DNA of 64,000 bases from a virus (IMGVR_UViG_3300029142_000001:1-64000), one strand, 5' to 3'; counted from the first letter of the stretch, positions 48,780-57,637 are shown. The notes: a model not told the origin generated them from the sequence alone. A program made the numbers and translations.

Positions 48780-49271
48780 ATGGAAAAGAAAGTTTTAAAT
48801 GATTTAATAAATTCTGGATTGACACATAAAGAAATTGCAAATAAGGTGGGATGTAGTCAAACCAATGTAAGATATTATATCAAAAAATATAACATTAAAA
48901 AAGGATATTGTATAGTATGTAATAATCAATTGCAAGGAAATCAAAGAAAATATTGTTCTGATCAATGTAAGGGAAGAATATATAAAGAAAATGCAAATAT
49001 ATATGAAAATCAAAAAAAGAGAGCAATTGAAAGAAAAATTAAATTAATAAATATGTGTGGTGGTGAATGTTCTGTATGTGGTTATAAAAAAAATATAGCA
49101 GCATTACATTTTCATCATATTTTACCGGATACAAAATTATTTCAATTAGATTCTAGAAAATGTGCAAATTCTAAATGGAGTACACTACTAACAGAAGTTA
49201 AAAAATGCTCTCTTTTATGTGCAAATTGTCATGCTGAATTACATCATAAAAAATACAATAATTTGATTTAG
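48780..49271 (+). CDS. HNH homing endonuclease with N-terminal HTH
   Basis: LTHKEIANKVGCSQTNVRYYI HTH; HNH core ALHFHHILPD...CSLLCANCHAELHHK. Confidence 0.6.
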   Translation: MEKKVLNDLINSGLTHKEIANKVGCSQTNVRYYIKKYNIKKGYCIVCNNQLQGNQRKYCSDQCKGRIYKENANIYENQKKRAIERKIKLINMCGGECSVCGYKKNIAALHFHHILPDTKLFQLDSRKCANSKWSTLLTEVKKCSLLCANCHAELHHKKYNNLI

Positions 49272-49357
49272 GGGCGAGTTCCATAGCGGCCTAATGGACC
49301 GGACTCATAATCCGGCGAGTTCACACTCAAACGCAGGTTCGAATCCTGTCTCGCCCA
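49272..49357 (+). tRNA. atypical class-II-like tRNA with CAT anticodon
   Basis: Perfect acceptor gggcgag/ctcgccc, D ccat/atgg, AC ccgga/tccgg loop ctCATaa, 17-nt variable region with gagt/actc stem, T-arm gcagg-ttcgaat-cctgt; 86 nt. Confidence 0.45.
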
Positions 49358-49376
49358 TTTTAAAGGAGAATATAAC

Positions 49377-49907
49377 ATGATTTGGCTGGGATGTATTTAT
49401 ATTAGTGTAATTCTTTTGTTGGTGGCCATTTTTGATCCTGGAGATTTTTTTGGATGTATAGCATTAATGTGGTTTATTTTATCTTTATTGATGCTCCTGG
49501 TACTCACTCCCGCTTTTTATGCTGAATCCCGAAGACTTAATCCGAATAGATTGGTTCAACAAAAAGTAATTTTTGAAGAATCTATTCTTCCATCGGAAGA
49601 AGGTTACTATGGTTTATATTTAAATGAATGGAGTGAATTTCATTATGTATCAACTGGATTTGCATTTAGATATTCAGATGGAACAAAAGATTTTGTAGAA
49701 TCGTACTCAATTTCCTTTTCAGATGATGTAGATGCTCCTACAGTATTTAAGTACAAGAATATCTATGAGGTAAATGATTTGTTTTTTCCTTCTTTCAAAT
49801 CGCACATTACTCATGAAGATGGTGTATATTATTTCGTATTTCCATCATCATATCGATCAGAATTTAATACAAAATTCATTACTACTACTTTGTACGAGGA
49901 TTTTTAA
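49377..49907 (+). CDS. membrane protein
   Basis: 176 aa, two N-terminal TM helices. Confidence 0.45.
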   Translation: MIWLGCIYISVILLLVAIFDPGDFFGCIALMWFILSLLMLLVLTPAFYAESRRLNPNRLVQQKVIFEESILPSEEGYYGLYLNEWSEFHYVSTGFAFRYSDGTKDFVESYSISFSDDVDAPTVFKYKNIYEVNDLFFPSFKSHITHEDGVYYFVFPSSYRSEFNTKFITTTLYEDF

Positions 49908-50275
49908 TGGAATGGTACTTTCTTATTATTCTGGCCATTTTTATCACAAAACACCTTATTGTTGATTTTTTCTGGCAGTCTGGATATGAAGTGGCAAACA
50001 AAGGAACTTATGGACATTTCGGTGGTATTTTACATACCGGAAAACATGTCATTGTTTCGGCTTTCTTTCTTATGTTTCTTGTTTCTCCTTTGACTCTTTT
50101 TCTTCTATGTGCATTTGAATTTGTGGTCCATTACCATATGGACTGGTTTAAGATGTGGTGGGGAAAAAGAAAGAAATTTACACCAAATGATGCAAAATTT
50201 TGGCATTGGATGGGAATAGATCAATATATACATTACTTTACTTATCTGATTATGGTTGCTATAATGCTTCTGTAA
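49907..50275 (+). CDS. multi-pass membrane protein
   Basis: 122 aa with 3-4 hydrophobic segments. Confidence 0.45.
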   Translation: MEWYFLIILAIFITKHLIVDFFWQSGYEVANKGTYGHFGGILHTGKHVIVSAFFLMFLVSPLTLFLLCAFEFVVHYHMDWFKMWWGKRKKFTPNDAKFWHWMGIDQYIHYFTYLIMVAIMLL

Positions 50276-50285
50276 GATAAAATTG

Positions 50286-50358
50286 GCTCCTGTATATCAA
50301 TGGCGAGATGGCTTCCGTTACATGGAAGAGGTTGCTGGTTCGAATCCAGCCAGGAGCA
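50286..50358 (+). tRNA. tRNA-Val (anticodon TAC)
   Basis: Acceptor gctcctg/caggagc, AC cttcc/ggaag loop gtTACat, T-arm gctgg-ttcgaat-ccagc. Confidence 0.7.
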
Positions 50359-50360
50359 TT

Positions 50361-50510
50361 ATGACAAAAGAAGAAGCAAACAAAAAGTTAGAAGAAATTA
50401 TTGAAAATTATAGGAAAGAATTTATAATTTTAGATAAAATTCGTAAAGATGAGCAGGAAAAATTTGATAATTCTTGGATAGGTAAAATTGTAAACAGATT
50501 GGAATTTTAA
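50361..50510 (+). CDS. small hypothetical protein
   Basis: 49-aa ORF beginning right after the tRNA; the longer listed ORF would overlap the tRNA. Confidence 0.3.
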   Translation: MTKEEANKKLEEIIENYRKEFIILDKIRKDEQEKFDNSWIGKIVNRLEF

Positions 50511-51085
50511 TTATGAAAAATAGCACAGATTTCCAAAAAAATGTCTAGAATATTTCATTATATTTTTTCATGTATGGAACCCATTATGGGAAATGATATG
50601 CAAGAATTTGTTTTAGAATGTGAAGAAGACTAAAAATGAATAATTTATCATATAACGAAGACAAAGCGGATTTAATCAGGAAGGCAGCAGTAAATGAAGC
50701 TTTTAAGTTTCTAGAAAATCCTGATGATCTCGATGTTTTAGAAAGATTAATAGAATATGGAACTATTTTGAAAAATATAAAAAATGAAAGTGAAGGAGCA
50801 TATAGTAATGGATATTGATATTTTGACAAGTGGACTGAAAGATTTTCTGAAATCATTTGACCCAACCCTTGAAACATGCTATAATGCTGATGACCCTTCA
50901 GAATGGTATACCGGAAATGCAGATGACGATATGAGCAATGGATATGATGCTGGATATCACGCGGCACAAGAACAAATTATGGGAATTGTGAAGGCAGCAG
51001 AAGCAGGTAGATAATATATACAAAGGCGGCGTGAAACTTAAACGGTCAAGACGAAACTTTGACTCCGGATTCGTAACCGGAATTT

Positions 51086-51158
51086 GGGACGGTAGCTTAG
51101 TTGGTAAAGCGTACCGCTGATAACGGTGAGATCATAGGTTCAAGTCCTATTCGTCCTA
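51086..51158 (+). tRNA. tRNA-Ile (anticodon GAT)
   Basis: Acceptor gggacgg/tcgtcct, D gctt-agttggta-aagc, AC taccg/cggtg loop ctGATaa, T-arm atagg-ttcaagt-cctat; resembles E. coli tRNA-Ile. Confidence 0.7.
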
Positions 51159-51190
51159 TTTTTTAGATATTATTCACAGGAAATTATAAA

Positions 51191-51379
51191 ATGAATACCA
51201 AGCATAAATCTATTAGGCATTCAAAGAAAAATCTACGAATCAAATCACATCATATTGATTCTAATTTTCCACCACGGCTTAATATTGATGGGATACAATT
51301 AAAATCATCTATCCCTACAACATATTCTACCGGAGATTATATTTTATGGGGACCAAAAAGATTTAGAACAGAAAGTTGA
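51191..51379 (+). CDS. hypothetical basic protein
   Basis: 62-aa ORF. Confidence 0.35.
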   Translation: MNTKHKSIRHSKKNLRIKSHHIDSNFPPRLNIDGIQLKSSIPTTYSTGDYILWGPKRFRTES

Positions 51380-51639
51380 ATATTATGGAAACTTTTGAAG
51401 ATAAAATTGATGAATTAATCAGTCTTTTAGAGTATATGAAGGATGAAATTCCATCAGAAGAATTAAAAGAACCTTCAAATATTTCAATTGGAATTGCAAT
51501 GCATGGATGGACGCATAGAAATTCAGATATGCATAGAACTGAATACCGAATGATACGATGGGCAGATATCTATACAAGAGGCATGGGTATAGAAGCATCA
51601 TTGGTAAAATCTAGACATTTTAGTAAAATTTCAGATTAA
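51376..51639 (+). CDS. hypothetical protein
   Basis: 87-aa ORF. Confidence 0.4.
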   Translation: MNIMETFEDKIDELISLLEYMKDEIPSEELKEPSNISIGIAMHGWTHRNSDMHRTEYRMIRWADIYTRGMGIEASLVKSRHFSKISD

Positions 51640-51645
51640 AATTTG

Positions 51646-51717
51646 GGGGTAGTAGCTCAGTGGTAGAGCTTTTCGTTGATAACGGAACGGTCGGAGGTTC
51701 GAACCCTCCCTGCCCTA
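51646..51717 (+). tRNA. tRNA with GAT anticodon (Ile, second copy)
   Basis: Acceptor ggggtag/ctgccct (2 GU), D gctc-agtggta-gagc, AC tttcg/cggaa loop ttGATaa, T-arm ggagg-ttcgaac-cctcc. Confidence 0.55.
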
Positions 51718-51743
51718 TTGTTTGACATTAAAGGAGATATATT

Positions 51744-52070
51744 ATGTCAACTCCAACAGGTGGAAATTCCTTGCATGTTCTTGGCTCAAAGCCTCTTCAT
51801 AGAAGGTATGATACAAAAATGTTCATGAAGTATATTCGACCATCGTATTACATGGCAAACGCTCCTGAATGTTTTTGCTTGTCTGTTTTCTTCTTCTGTA
51901 TTCTTGCAGGATTGATTCCTTTTACAAGCTTGCTTACTGGAAGCACTTTGCTTATTGGTTTGAGTGTACTTGGATTTATGTTTCTAGCTTCTGCTTTGTT
52001 TTTGATGCTTGGAATTTATTCAAAAATTTCTTATGCACGAGAGAGAAATAAGAAAAATTCCTCTACATAA
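51744..52070 (+). CDS. membrane protein
   Basis: 108 aa, two TM helices. Confidence 0.45.
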   Translation: MSTPTGGNSLHVLGSKPLHRRYDTKMFMKYIRPSYYMANAPECFCLSVFFFCILAGLIPFTSLLTGSTLLIGLSVLGFMFLASALFLMLGIYSKISYARERNKKNSST

Positions 52071-52077
52071 TAGTAAT

Positions 52078-52149
52078 GCTCTTCTGCCCGAATGGTTAGG
52101 GTCTGGATTGCAAATCCAGTATATTTCGGTTCGAATCCGAAGGGGAGCT
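52078..52149 (+). tRNA. tRNA-Cys (anticodon GCA)
   Basis: Acceptor gctcttc/ggggagc, AC ctgga/tccag loop ttGCAaa, T-arm ttcgg-ttcgaat-ccgaa. Confidence 0.65.
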
Positions 52150-52157
52150 TTAAAATT

Positions 52158-52229
52158 GTCCTTATGGTGATAGTGGTAACACACTTTCTTGGTACGAAAG
52201 AATCTCAGGTTCGATTCCTGATAGGGACT
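52158..52229 (+). tRNA. tRNA-Thr (anticodon GGT)
   Basis: Acceptor gtcctta/tagggac, AC ctttc/gaaag loop ttGGTac, T-arm tcagg-ttcgatt-cctga. Confidence 0.65.
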
Positions 52230-52243
52230 TTGGAGAATACACA

Positions 52244-52546
52244 ATGAATTTTTATGATGTGCATGGAAGAAGAATCTATGTTTATAGAGTTTACCATTAT
52301 GAATCAAATGAATTATATGTTACATCTCAAAAAGGTGTAGAAGATGAAATCAAAAAAATCATTAATAGAATTGAGATTTTGTTCAAAGAGATTATGGACT
52401 TAGATTATGATAATTCAGAACATGAAGAAATTGAGAAAAATCTAATTGATCAAATAAACTATTTACGAGAAAAAGCGTTTTCTAAATATGGACTCACTAA
52501 GATTGAAGCTGAAGAAGATCGTACTTTTATGAGTATGCATTTCTAA
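52244..52546 (+). CDS. hypothetical protein
   Basis: 100-aa ORF. Confidence 0.45.
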   Translation: MNFYDVHGRRIYVYRVYHYESNELYVTSQKGVEDEIKKIINRIEILFKEIMDLDYDNSEHEEIEKNLIDQINYLREKAFSKYGLTKIEAEEDRTFMSMHF

Positions 52547-52558
52547 AGAAGATTTGAT

Positions 52559-52798
52559 GTGAAAAGAACAGCAATTATCTATTTTAAAGACGGCACACAC
52601 ATAAAAACACAAAAACATATCTCTTCTAAACAGATTGAAAATTCATATTTATCTAGAACTGAAATAAGAGATATGATTGATAATGAAATTAGAAAATCTG
52701 TTAGGGCGTTTTTAGTTAGACATGATCGAAAAATTGAAAATATTGATTTCACCAGAACAAATTCAGCAATGATTAAATTTGTGTTTGAAGAATCTTGA
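52559..52798 (+). CDS. hypothetical protein
   Basis: 79-aa ORF. Confidence 0.4.
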   Translation: MKRTAIIYFKDGTHIKTQKHISSKQIENSYLSRTEIRDMIDNEIRKSVRAFLVRHDRKIENIDFTRTNSAMIKFVFEES

Positions 52799-52822
52799 CT
52801 TTCAAAAAATATACTCTATAAT
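52795..52822 (+). promoter_or_regulatory. promoter (TTGACTTT-16-TATAAT)
   Basis: -35 at 52795-52800, -10 at 52817-52822. Confidence 0.55.
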
Positions 52823-53033
52823 GAAGACAAAGGGAGATATTCATGAAACTTTGGTCTCTTAGAATGATGATCGCTTTTGCTCAATTTGTAAGTGCAATTA
52901 TTTGCATATTTACTTTGGCAGCAATTCGACCTTCATTTCAAACAAAATTTCAAATGAAGCTCCTTAGATCATATTGTGAAGATCTTGAAAAAGAACTACC
53001 CAAATCCAATATGTAAAAATTTCTTTAAATGGC

Positions 53034-53061
53034 TTGACTTTACATATTTTTATGTTATAAT
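53034..53061 (+). promoter_or_regulatory. promoter (TTGACTTT-16-TATAAT)
   Basis: -35 at 53034-53039, -10 at 53056-53061. Confidence 0.55.
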
Positions 53062-53079
53062 GTGTATAGGAGATTAATC

Positions 53080-53427
53080 ATGTTTGAAAATGAAGATTAT
53101 TGCGAGTCTGAATTTAATCAATTGATCGATTGTGTCTCATATGACCCAGAGGGAAAGGTTTCTGATTTGATTCGGGAGCTTCAAAAAATCAAAGAGAGAT
53201 ATGAGGGTGCCACAATCATTCAAGATGGGTATCCGGAAGATGGAAGATATTGTGTAGTCCATTATGTCCGAAAGACTCCTGAAGAGATTGAAGAATATAA
53301 AAAAGAACAAGAGGCCAAGGAACAAGAGAAAAGGCGAAGAGAAGAGAATCAACGAAAAGGCGATTTGATGATTATGAGAAATCTTGCAAAAAAGCATAAT
53401 ATTCGTATTGAATTTCCAGAAAATTGA
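53080..53427 (+). CDS. hypothetical charged protein
   Basis: 115 aa after GGAGATTAATC RBS. Confidence 0.45.
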   Translation: MFENEDYCESEFNQLIDCVSYDPEGKVSDLIRELQKIKERYEGATIIQDGYPEDGRYCVVHYVRKTPEEIEEYKKEQEAKEQEKRRREENQRKGDLMIMRNLAKKHNIRIEFPEN

Positions 53428-53446
53428 CTATATAATGCTACAACAT

Positions 53447-53520
53447 GAGAGTGAAGCTTATTAGGAAAAGCGGTAGATTTCCAATCTACAGTCTTGCGGG
53501 TTCAAATCCCGTCACTCTCT
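53447..53520 (+). tRNA. tRNA-Gly (anticodon TCC)
   Basis: Perfect acceptor gagagtg/cactctc, D gctt/aagc, AC gtaga/tctac loop ttTCCaa, T-arm gcggg-ttcaaat-cccgt. Confidence 0.7.
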
Positions 53521-53769
53521 TTACTCCTGTTGAGGATTCGCCAAAATCCAAGATAGCGGGACTAAAATTTGGGATAGATGCAAAGGACGATTTTAAATCT
53601 TGGCGGGTTTATTATGACAGTCTTGTTGAATACCAAATTTTAGGATTTTATAAATGGGAGTGTCGGCTCGGCTGTTAAGAGCAGTATGAATACTATAGAT
53701 CATGCTATTTGAGAAGATTGATCGTCTTAACTCAAGCACGCGGGTTCAAATCCCGACCACTTCCTGCCT

Positions 53770-53841
53770 GTCCCTGTAGTTTAACTGGGAAAACAGTTGA
53801 CTTGTAATCTACAGATCTCGGTTCGATTCCGAGCGGGGACT
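53770..53841 (+). tRNA. tRNA-Thr (anticodon TGT)
   Basis: Acceptor gtccctg/cggggac, D gttt-aactggga-aaac, AC gttga/tctac (one U-U) loop ctTGTaa, T-arm ctcgg-ttcgatt-ccgag. Confidence 0.6.
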
Positions 53842-53977
53842 TTGAAACTTGGTTAGGGCGGAAAGGGCACTGGAACTAACCACCAACCCTTTCCGTCAAT
53901 TTCCGGTTAAGCATAAAAAGCGATGCGTTCGCCTTGTAAGCGAAATAACTCGGGGCAGTACCGGGAACCGGATTTTT
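53842..53977 (+). ncRNA. structured GC-rich small RNA embedded in the tRNA cluster (non-tRNA)
   Basis: 9-bp perfect hairpin cggaaaggg/ccctttccg (53859-53895), then a 71-nt domain closed by tccggtt/aaccgga (53902-53972), then TTTTT; no ORF. Confidence 0.45.
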
Positions 53978-54049
53978 AGGACTATAGTGTAACTGGCAGC
54001 ACTAGAGACTCTGACTCTCTCAGTACAGGTTCGAATCCTGTTAGTCTTG
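53978..54049 (+). tRNA. tRNA-Gln (anticodon CTG)
   Basis: Acceptor aggacta/tagtctt, D gtgt/gcac, AC agaga/tctct loop ctCTGac, T-arm acagg-ttcgaat-cctgt. Confidence 0.65.
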
Positions 54050-54058
54050 TTTTCATCT

Positions 54059-54131
54059 AGGATCGTCGTATAACGGCTTATTATAGCGGGCTTTGAACCC
54101 GTTGATGGGGGTTCGATTCCCTCCGGTCCTG
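54059..54131 (+). tRNA. tRNA-Gln (anticodon TTG)
   Basis: Acceptor aggatcg/cggtcct, AC gcggg/cccgt loop ctTTGaa, T-arm ggggg-ttcgatt-ccctc; D-arm slightly irregular. Confidence 0.55.
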
Positions 54132-54154
54132 TTCAAAAATAAAATAAAAATTGC

Positions 54155-54183
54155 TTGACTTTTCGAGATAAATCTCCTATAAT
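54155..54183 (+). promoter_or_regulatory. promoter (TTGACTTT-17-TATAAT)
   Basis: -35 at 54155-54160, -10 at 54178-54183. Confidence 0.55.
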
Positions 54184-54211
54184 GGTATAGTACCAAATAG
54201 GAGATTTTTTA

Positions 54212-54685
54212 ATGCTTACTGAATCTATTACTCTGATGACAAAAACTCGTATTGGTAAATCTACTTGGAATGTGAAATTTCATCCCAGCGTGGAAACTTA
54301 TGAAAAGATTCGTTGCCTGATTGGGAAAAATTCTTCATTTTTTCGGGCTGAAAATCGAAATCGTTATACTAGTGAAATGACCTGGGATGAAATGATTGAG
54401 GCTGGAAAGAGCTATATGGTAGGGAGTGATGTCCCCACTAAGAAGTATCTTGCATCACATACAACTTACATGAATGATTCTCAGTGGCTTTACTGGGCTG
54501 TTCAGTGGGCATTTGAAAATGAAGATGGGCGATTGATTGTGAAAACGCATTCAAAAGATTATGAGATTTACCGTAGGGGTGAATGGGTTGAAATTGCTCT
54601 TCCTCATCATGGTCGAGGCGGTGAAAAGCATTGGGTTGTTCATAAGAGCAATCCAAACAAGAAGATTTTGATTAATGTTGATTGA
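54212..54685 (+). CDS. hypothetical protein
   Basis: 157-aa ORF after AATAGGAGATTTTTTA RBS. Confidence 0.5.
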   Translation: MLTESITLMTKTRIGKSTWNVKFHPSVETYEKIRCLIGKNSSFFRAENRNRYTSEMTWDEMIEAGKSYMVGSDVPTKKYLASHTTYMNDSQWLYWAVQWAFENEDGRLIVKTHSKDYEIYRRGEWVEIALPHHGRGGEKHWVVHKSNPNKKILINVD

Positions 54686-54693
54686 GAAATAAA

Positions 54694-54882
54694 ATGAAAA
54701 AGTATCGAGTTCAGTGGACATATTTGGTAGATAAATCTAGAACTGCAATTGTAGAGGCAGAATCAGAAGATGAAGCTTCTGAAATTGCATCCATGCTGGA
54801 AGATACTGATCCTAGAATGGTAGAACAACGAGATAAAACCGAACCATTGAATTGGGAAGTTGAGGAAATTGAAAATGACTGA
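54694..54882 (+). CDS. small acidic protein
   Basis: 62 aa. Confidence 0.4.
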   Translation: MKKYRVQWTYLVDKSRTAIVEAESEDEASEIASMLEDTDPRMVEQRDKTEPLNWEVEEIEND

Positions 54883-55495
54883 TCGAAAACTTACATCTTA
54901 TGGAGGGTCTGGATTTTCATATGAACAAGATGGAAAAGTTTATGATGTAGATGCTCATACCGATAAACAAAATTCCATTATCAGTATGCTTTTTGAGTAT
55001 GATTTTCGAAGGGTGGATAATGAATTTCTAGAAGAAAATGGATTTTATCCAGATGATGAGAATGTACATCATCTATTTCATAAAATGACAGATGCTGTTG
55101 ATGAATGGAAAGAAGAAAATCCAGGTGTTTTTGGATATAAACTAATGAAATTTATGGAAGATACAGTAAACAATGATGTTTTTCTTAGGAATCATGTTAC
55201 GGTTGCATATGTGGATGATGATTCACATGCAAGTTCCGTAGTATTTTTGGTTCCTCATTATACAAATTACAGATACATGGGAACATCTGTTTGGTATGTT
55301 CCTCAATGCACAGGAGAAGAAGATATTCGTTTTTTCCTGTACCCAGGGGCTCATAGAGAAATGATTCGTGCGTTGAATCTTATTGTTGAAAAATATTTTG
55401 ATGAAGGATATCCACAAGTAAAATCCCCAATGGACAGAGAAATAGATAGACTAAAAGGAGAACTTCTAGACACAGTTGATGGAGAAGAACAATGA
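54875..55495 (+). CDS. hypothetical protein
   Basis: 206-aa ORF. Confidence 0.45.
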   Translation: MTDRKLTSYGGSGFSYEQDGKVYDVDAHTDKQNSIISMLFEYDFRRVDNEFLEENGFYPDDENVHHLFHKMTDAVDEWKEENPGVFGYKLMKFMEDTVNNDVFLRNHVTVAYVDDDSHASSVVFLVPHYTNYRYMGTSVWYVPQCTGEEDIRFFLYPGAHREMIRALNLIVEKYFDEGYPQVKSPMDREIDRLKGELLDTVDGEEQ

Positions 55496-55857
55496 ATGTT
55501 GATTATGCAGATATTGGATCTTGCTTGCATACTGTCATGCGAAAATTTTTAAGTAGTGATGTATCAGCAATTGTTTGGAATTTCATTCATATGGATGCAG
55601 CAAATGATGCATGGGAAATTATTCTAAAGGATATTTCCAAAGAATTTGAAGAACTTGAACTAGATCCAGAAGATCCGGATAGTGTAAAAGATGAACAAAT
55701 TGCAAAAGTTCTCCGCTATGCATGGATTGAAAATTATAACCCATTTGATGCAAAAAGAGAAGAAACTATTCTTCGTGTAGCTGGAAGAGGATTTGATCAG
55801 GAAAATGATTGGCTTGGATTTGCAAATTGTCTTAGAGAATGGGTAATTGAATCATAA
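55492..55857 (+). CDS. hypothetical protein
   Basis: 121-aa ORF, ATGA overlap. Confidence 0.45.
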   Translation: MNVDYADIGSCLHTVMRKFLSSDVSAIVWNFIHMDAANDAWEIILKDISKEFEELELDPEDPDSVKDEQIAKVLRYAWIENYNPFDAKREETILRVAGRGFDQENDWLGFANCLREWVIES

Positions 55858-55867
55858 GATTTATCAA

Positions 55868-56173
55868 ATGAAAAAGAAACAATTAATTCGATATAATTTC
55901 AGAGAAGAGGTATTCAAGAGAGATGATTATCGGTGTAGATGTTGTGGTATAAAAGATGTAAAATTGGATGCCCATCATATTATTGATAGAAATAATATGC
56001 CAAATGGTGGATATGTGAAAGAAAATGGCATATCATTATGCGAACCATGTCACGAGAAAGCAGAGTTTGAACATCAGGGAATGGAGCCCCTTCCAGGGTA
56101 TAGCAGAAGAGAATTGTTTTTACTGATCAATTCAAATGAGAAATTGGCCAGATACAAATCAGAAAGACTTTGA
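55868..56173 (+). CDS. HNH endonuclease
   Basis: YRCRCCG...LDAHHIIDRNNMPNGG...CEPCHEKAE HNH core. Confidence 0.6.
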   Translation: MKKKQLIRYNFREEVFKRDDYRCRCCGIKDVKLDAHHIIDRNNMPNGGYVKENGISLCEPCHEKAEFEHQGMEPLPGYSRRELFLLINSNEKLARYKSERL

Positions 56174-56810
56174 TATGTGCTATAAATATCCTAGAACCTT
56201 TCATTTAGATTGTTCTCCTGGAGTGCAGTCTGATGATAAAATCTTTCCAGATATGAGTGTGTTGAAAAAGCATCGCTTCGTTATGACAGAAAAGATGGAT
56301 GGAGAAAACACCACTCTTTATCGTGATAAAATGCACGCTAGATCTTTGAACTATCGACATAACTATACTAGAGATTTGATTAGATCCTATCATGCTCTTA
56401 TCAAGTATGATATTCCACAGGGTTGGAGGATATGCGGAGAAAATCTTTCATATGTTCACAGTATTGAATATAAAGAATTGCCCCACTATTTCATGGTATT
56501 TTCTGTGTGGGATTCAAATAATAATTGTCTTTCATGGGAAGACACAAAATCATTTTGCTCCGATCGGGGAATCTATATGGTTCCAGAAATTGGAAAAGAT
56601 TTTACTGGAACTGTTGAAGACACTGCAAGATTGTTTATGGAATATGAAAAAAACAAAGAATGTGAAGGCTTTGTTTTGAGAAATCAGGATGCATTTTCAT
56701 ATGAAGATTTTGGAAAAAATGTATTTAAATGGGTAAGAGAAAATCATGTTCAAACGGATGAACATTGGCTAAAGAATGCCATCCCACAAAGGTATAATAA
56801 GGAGATTTGA
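56136..56810 (+). CDS. putative RNA/polynucleotide ligase (KxDG nucleotidyltransferase, Rnl2/DRB0094-like)
   Basis: KYPRTFHL near the N-terminus and TEKMDGEN motif I; alternative start at 56175 (MCYKYPRT); 5' end overlaps the HNH gene. Confidence 0.45.
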   Translation: MRNWPDTNQKDFDMCYKYPRTFHLDCSPGVQSDDKIFPDMSVLKKHRFVMTEKMDGENTTLYRDKMHARSLNYRHNYTRDLIRSYHALIKYDIPQGWRICGENLSYVHSIEYKELPHYFMVFSVWDSNNNCLSWEDTKSFCSDRGIYMVPEIGKDFTGTVEDTARLFMEYEKNKECEGFVLRNQDAFSYEDFGKNVFKWVRENHVQTDEHWLKNAIPQRYNKEI

Positions 56811-56811
56811 T

Positions 56812-57027
56812 ATGAAATTTGAAGTTGGGTGTGCCCCTGTTGTTTTGGTATTTATTGTATTTTTGATTCTTAAGCTGACCGGTGCTATTGGCTGGAGTTG
56901 GTGGTGGGTTACTGCACCAATTTGGATTCCTGCTGGAATTGCTGCAATTACTGGATTGTTTTGGATTGCATTTATTGTAGTTGTATTTCTTGGGGCACTT
57001 ACATATGGACTTCTTACCGCCAAATAG
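56812..57027 (+). CDS. small membrane protein
   Basis: 72 aa, three hydrophobic segments, GGAGATTTGAT RBS. Confidence 0.45.
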   Translation: MKFEVGCAPVVLVFIVFLILKLTGAIGWSWWWVTAPIWIPAGIAAITGLFWIAFIVVVFLGALTYGLLTAK

Positions 57028-57033
57028 GGGAAT

Positions 57034-57282
57034 ATGATGTTTGAAGTACTTTTATTTGTTTATATTATTGTAGGAATTGTTTTAACACTTCCATGTATGA
57101 TGATTATTTCAAATTTGGATGAAGATTTTTCTGCTATGATTGATAATGAATCAAAATCTTTGAATTATGATACCTTTCTCAATCTTTTAATAGTAATTTT
57201 GTTTGCTTCATCTGGTCCTTTCGTGGGAATTTATATTTATTTAAAATACAAAGCAGGGAGATCTATTGATGAAATTGTATAG
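57034..57282 (+). CDS. small membrane protein
   Basis: 82 aa, two TM helices. Confidence 0.45.
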   Translation: MMFEVLLFVYIIVGIVLTLPCMMIISNLDEDFSAMIDNESKSLNYDTFLNLLIVILFASSGPFVGIYIYLKYKAGRSIDEIV

Positions 57283-57637
57283 CGTTGGAGAAGATGAATT
57301 AAATGAATTTGATATAAAAGAATTAGAAAGATCATATTCCGTTGAATGGGGAGTGTATCATTACACCGAAGATGGATATGATGGATGGGGAAATCTTGTA
57401 TTTAAGACCACTGATGGAAAATATTTTGCACATGATTTTTCCCATTGTTCTTGTTTCGGTCCTTTGTCTTTTTGTGATCTTGGAATGCCTGAAGAAGTTG
57501 ATTTTATCTCTATGATTAGAGATATTAGAGGTCTTGAAAATGTCATGGTAAAAGATAAAAAATCAAAAGAATATCAAATGCTTAAAAAGATTGGAAGAAT
57601 TGAAAAAATTAAAATTTCTGAATTGATGAAATTGTAA
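57266..57637 (+). CDS. hypothetical protein
   Basis: 123-aa ORF. Confidence 0.45.
   Translation: MMKLYSVGEDELNEFDIKELERSYSVEWGVYHYTEDGYDGWGNLVFKTTDGKYFAHDFSHCSCFGPLSFCDLGMPEEVDFISMIRDIRGLENVMVKDKKSKEYQMLKKIGRIEKIKISELMKL

Noticed and set aside
51020-51085. Possible tRNA upstream of tRNA-Ile (ggcggcg... with tccgg-attcgtaa-ccgga hairpin)
   Set aside because: The hairpin has an 8-nt loop and no complementary acceptor 3' strand, so it is more likely a precursor-leader hairpin than a tRNA.
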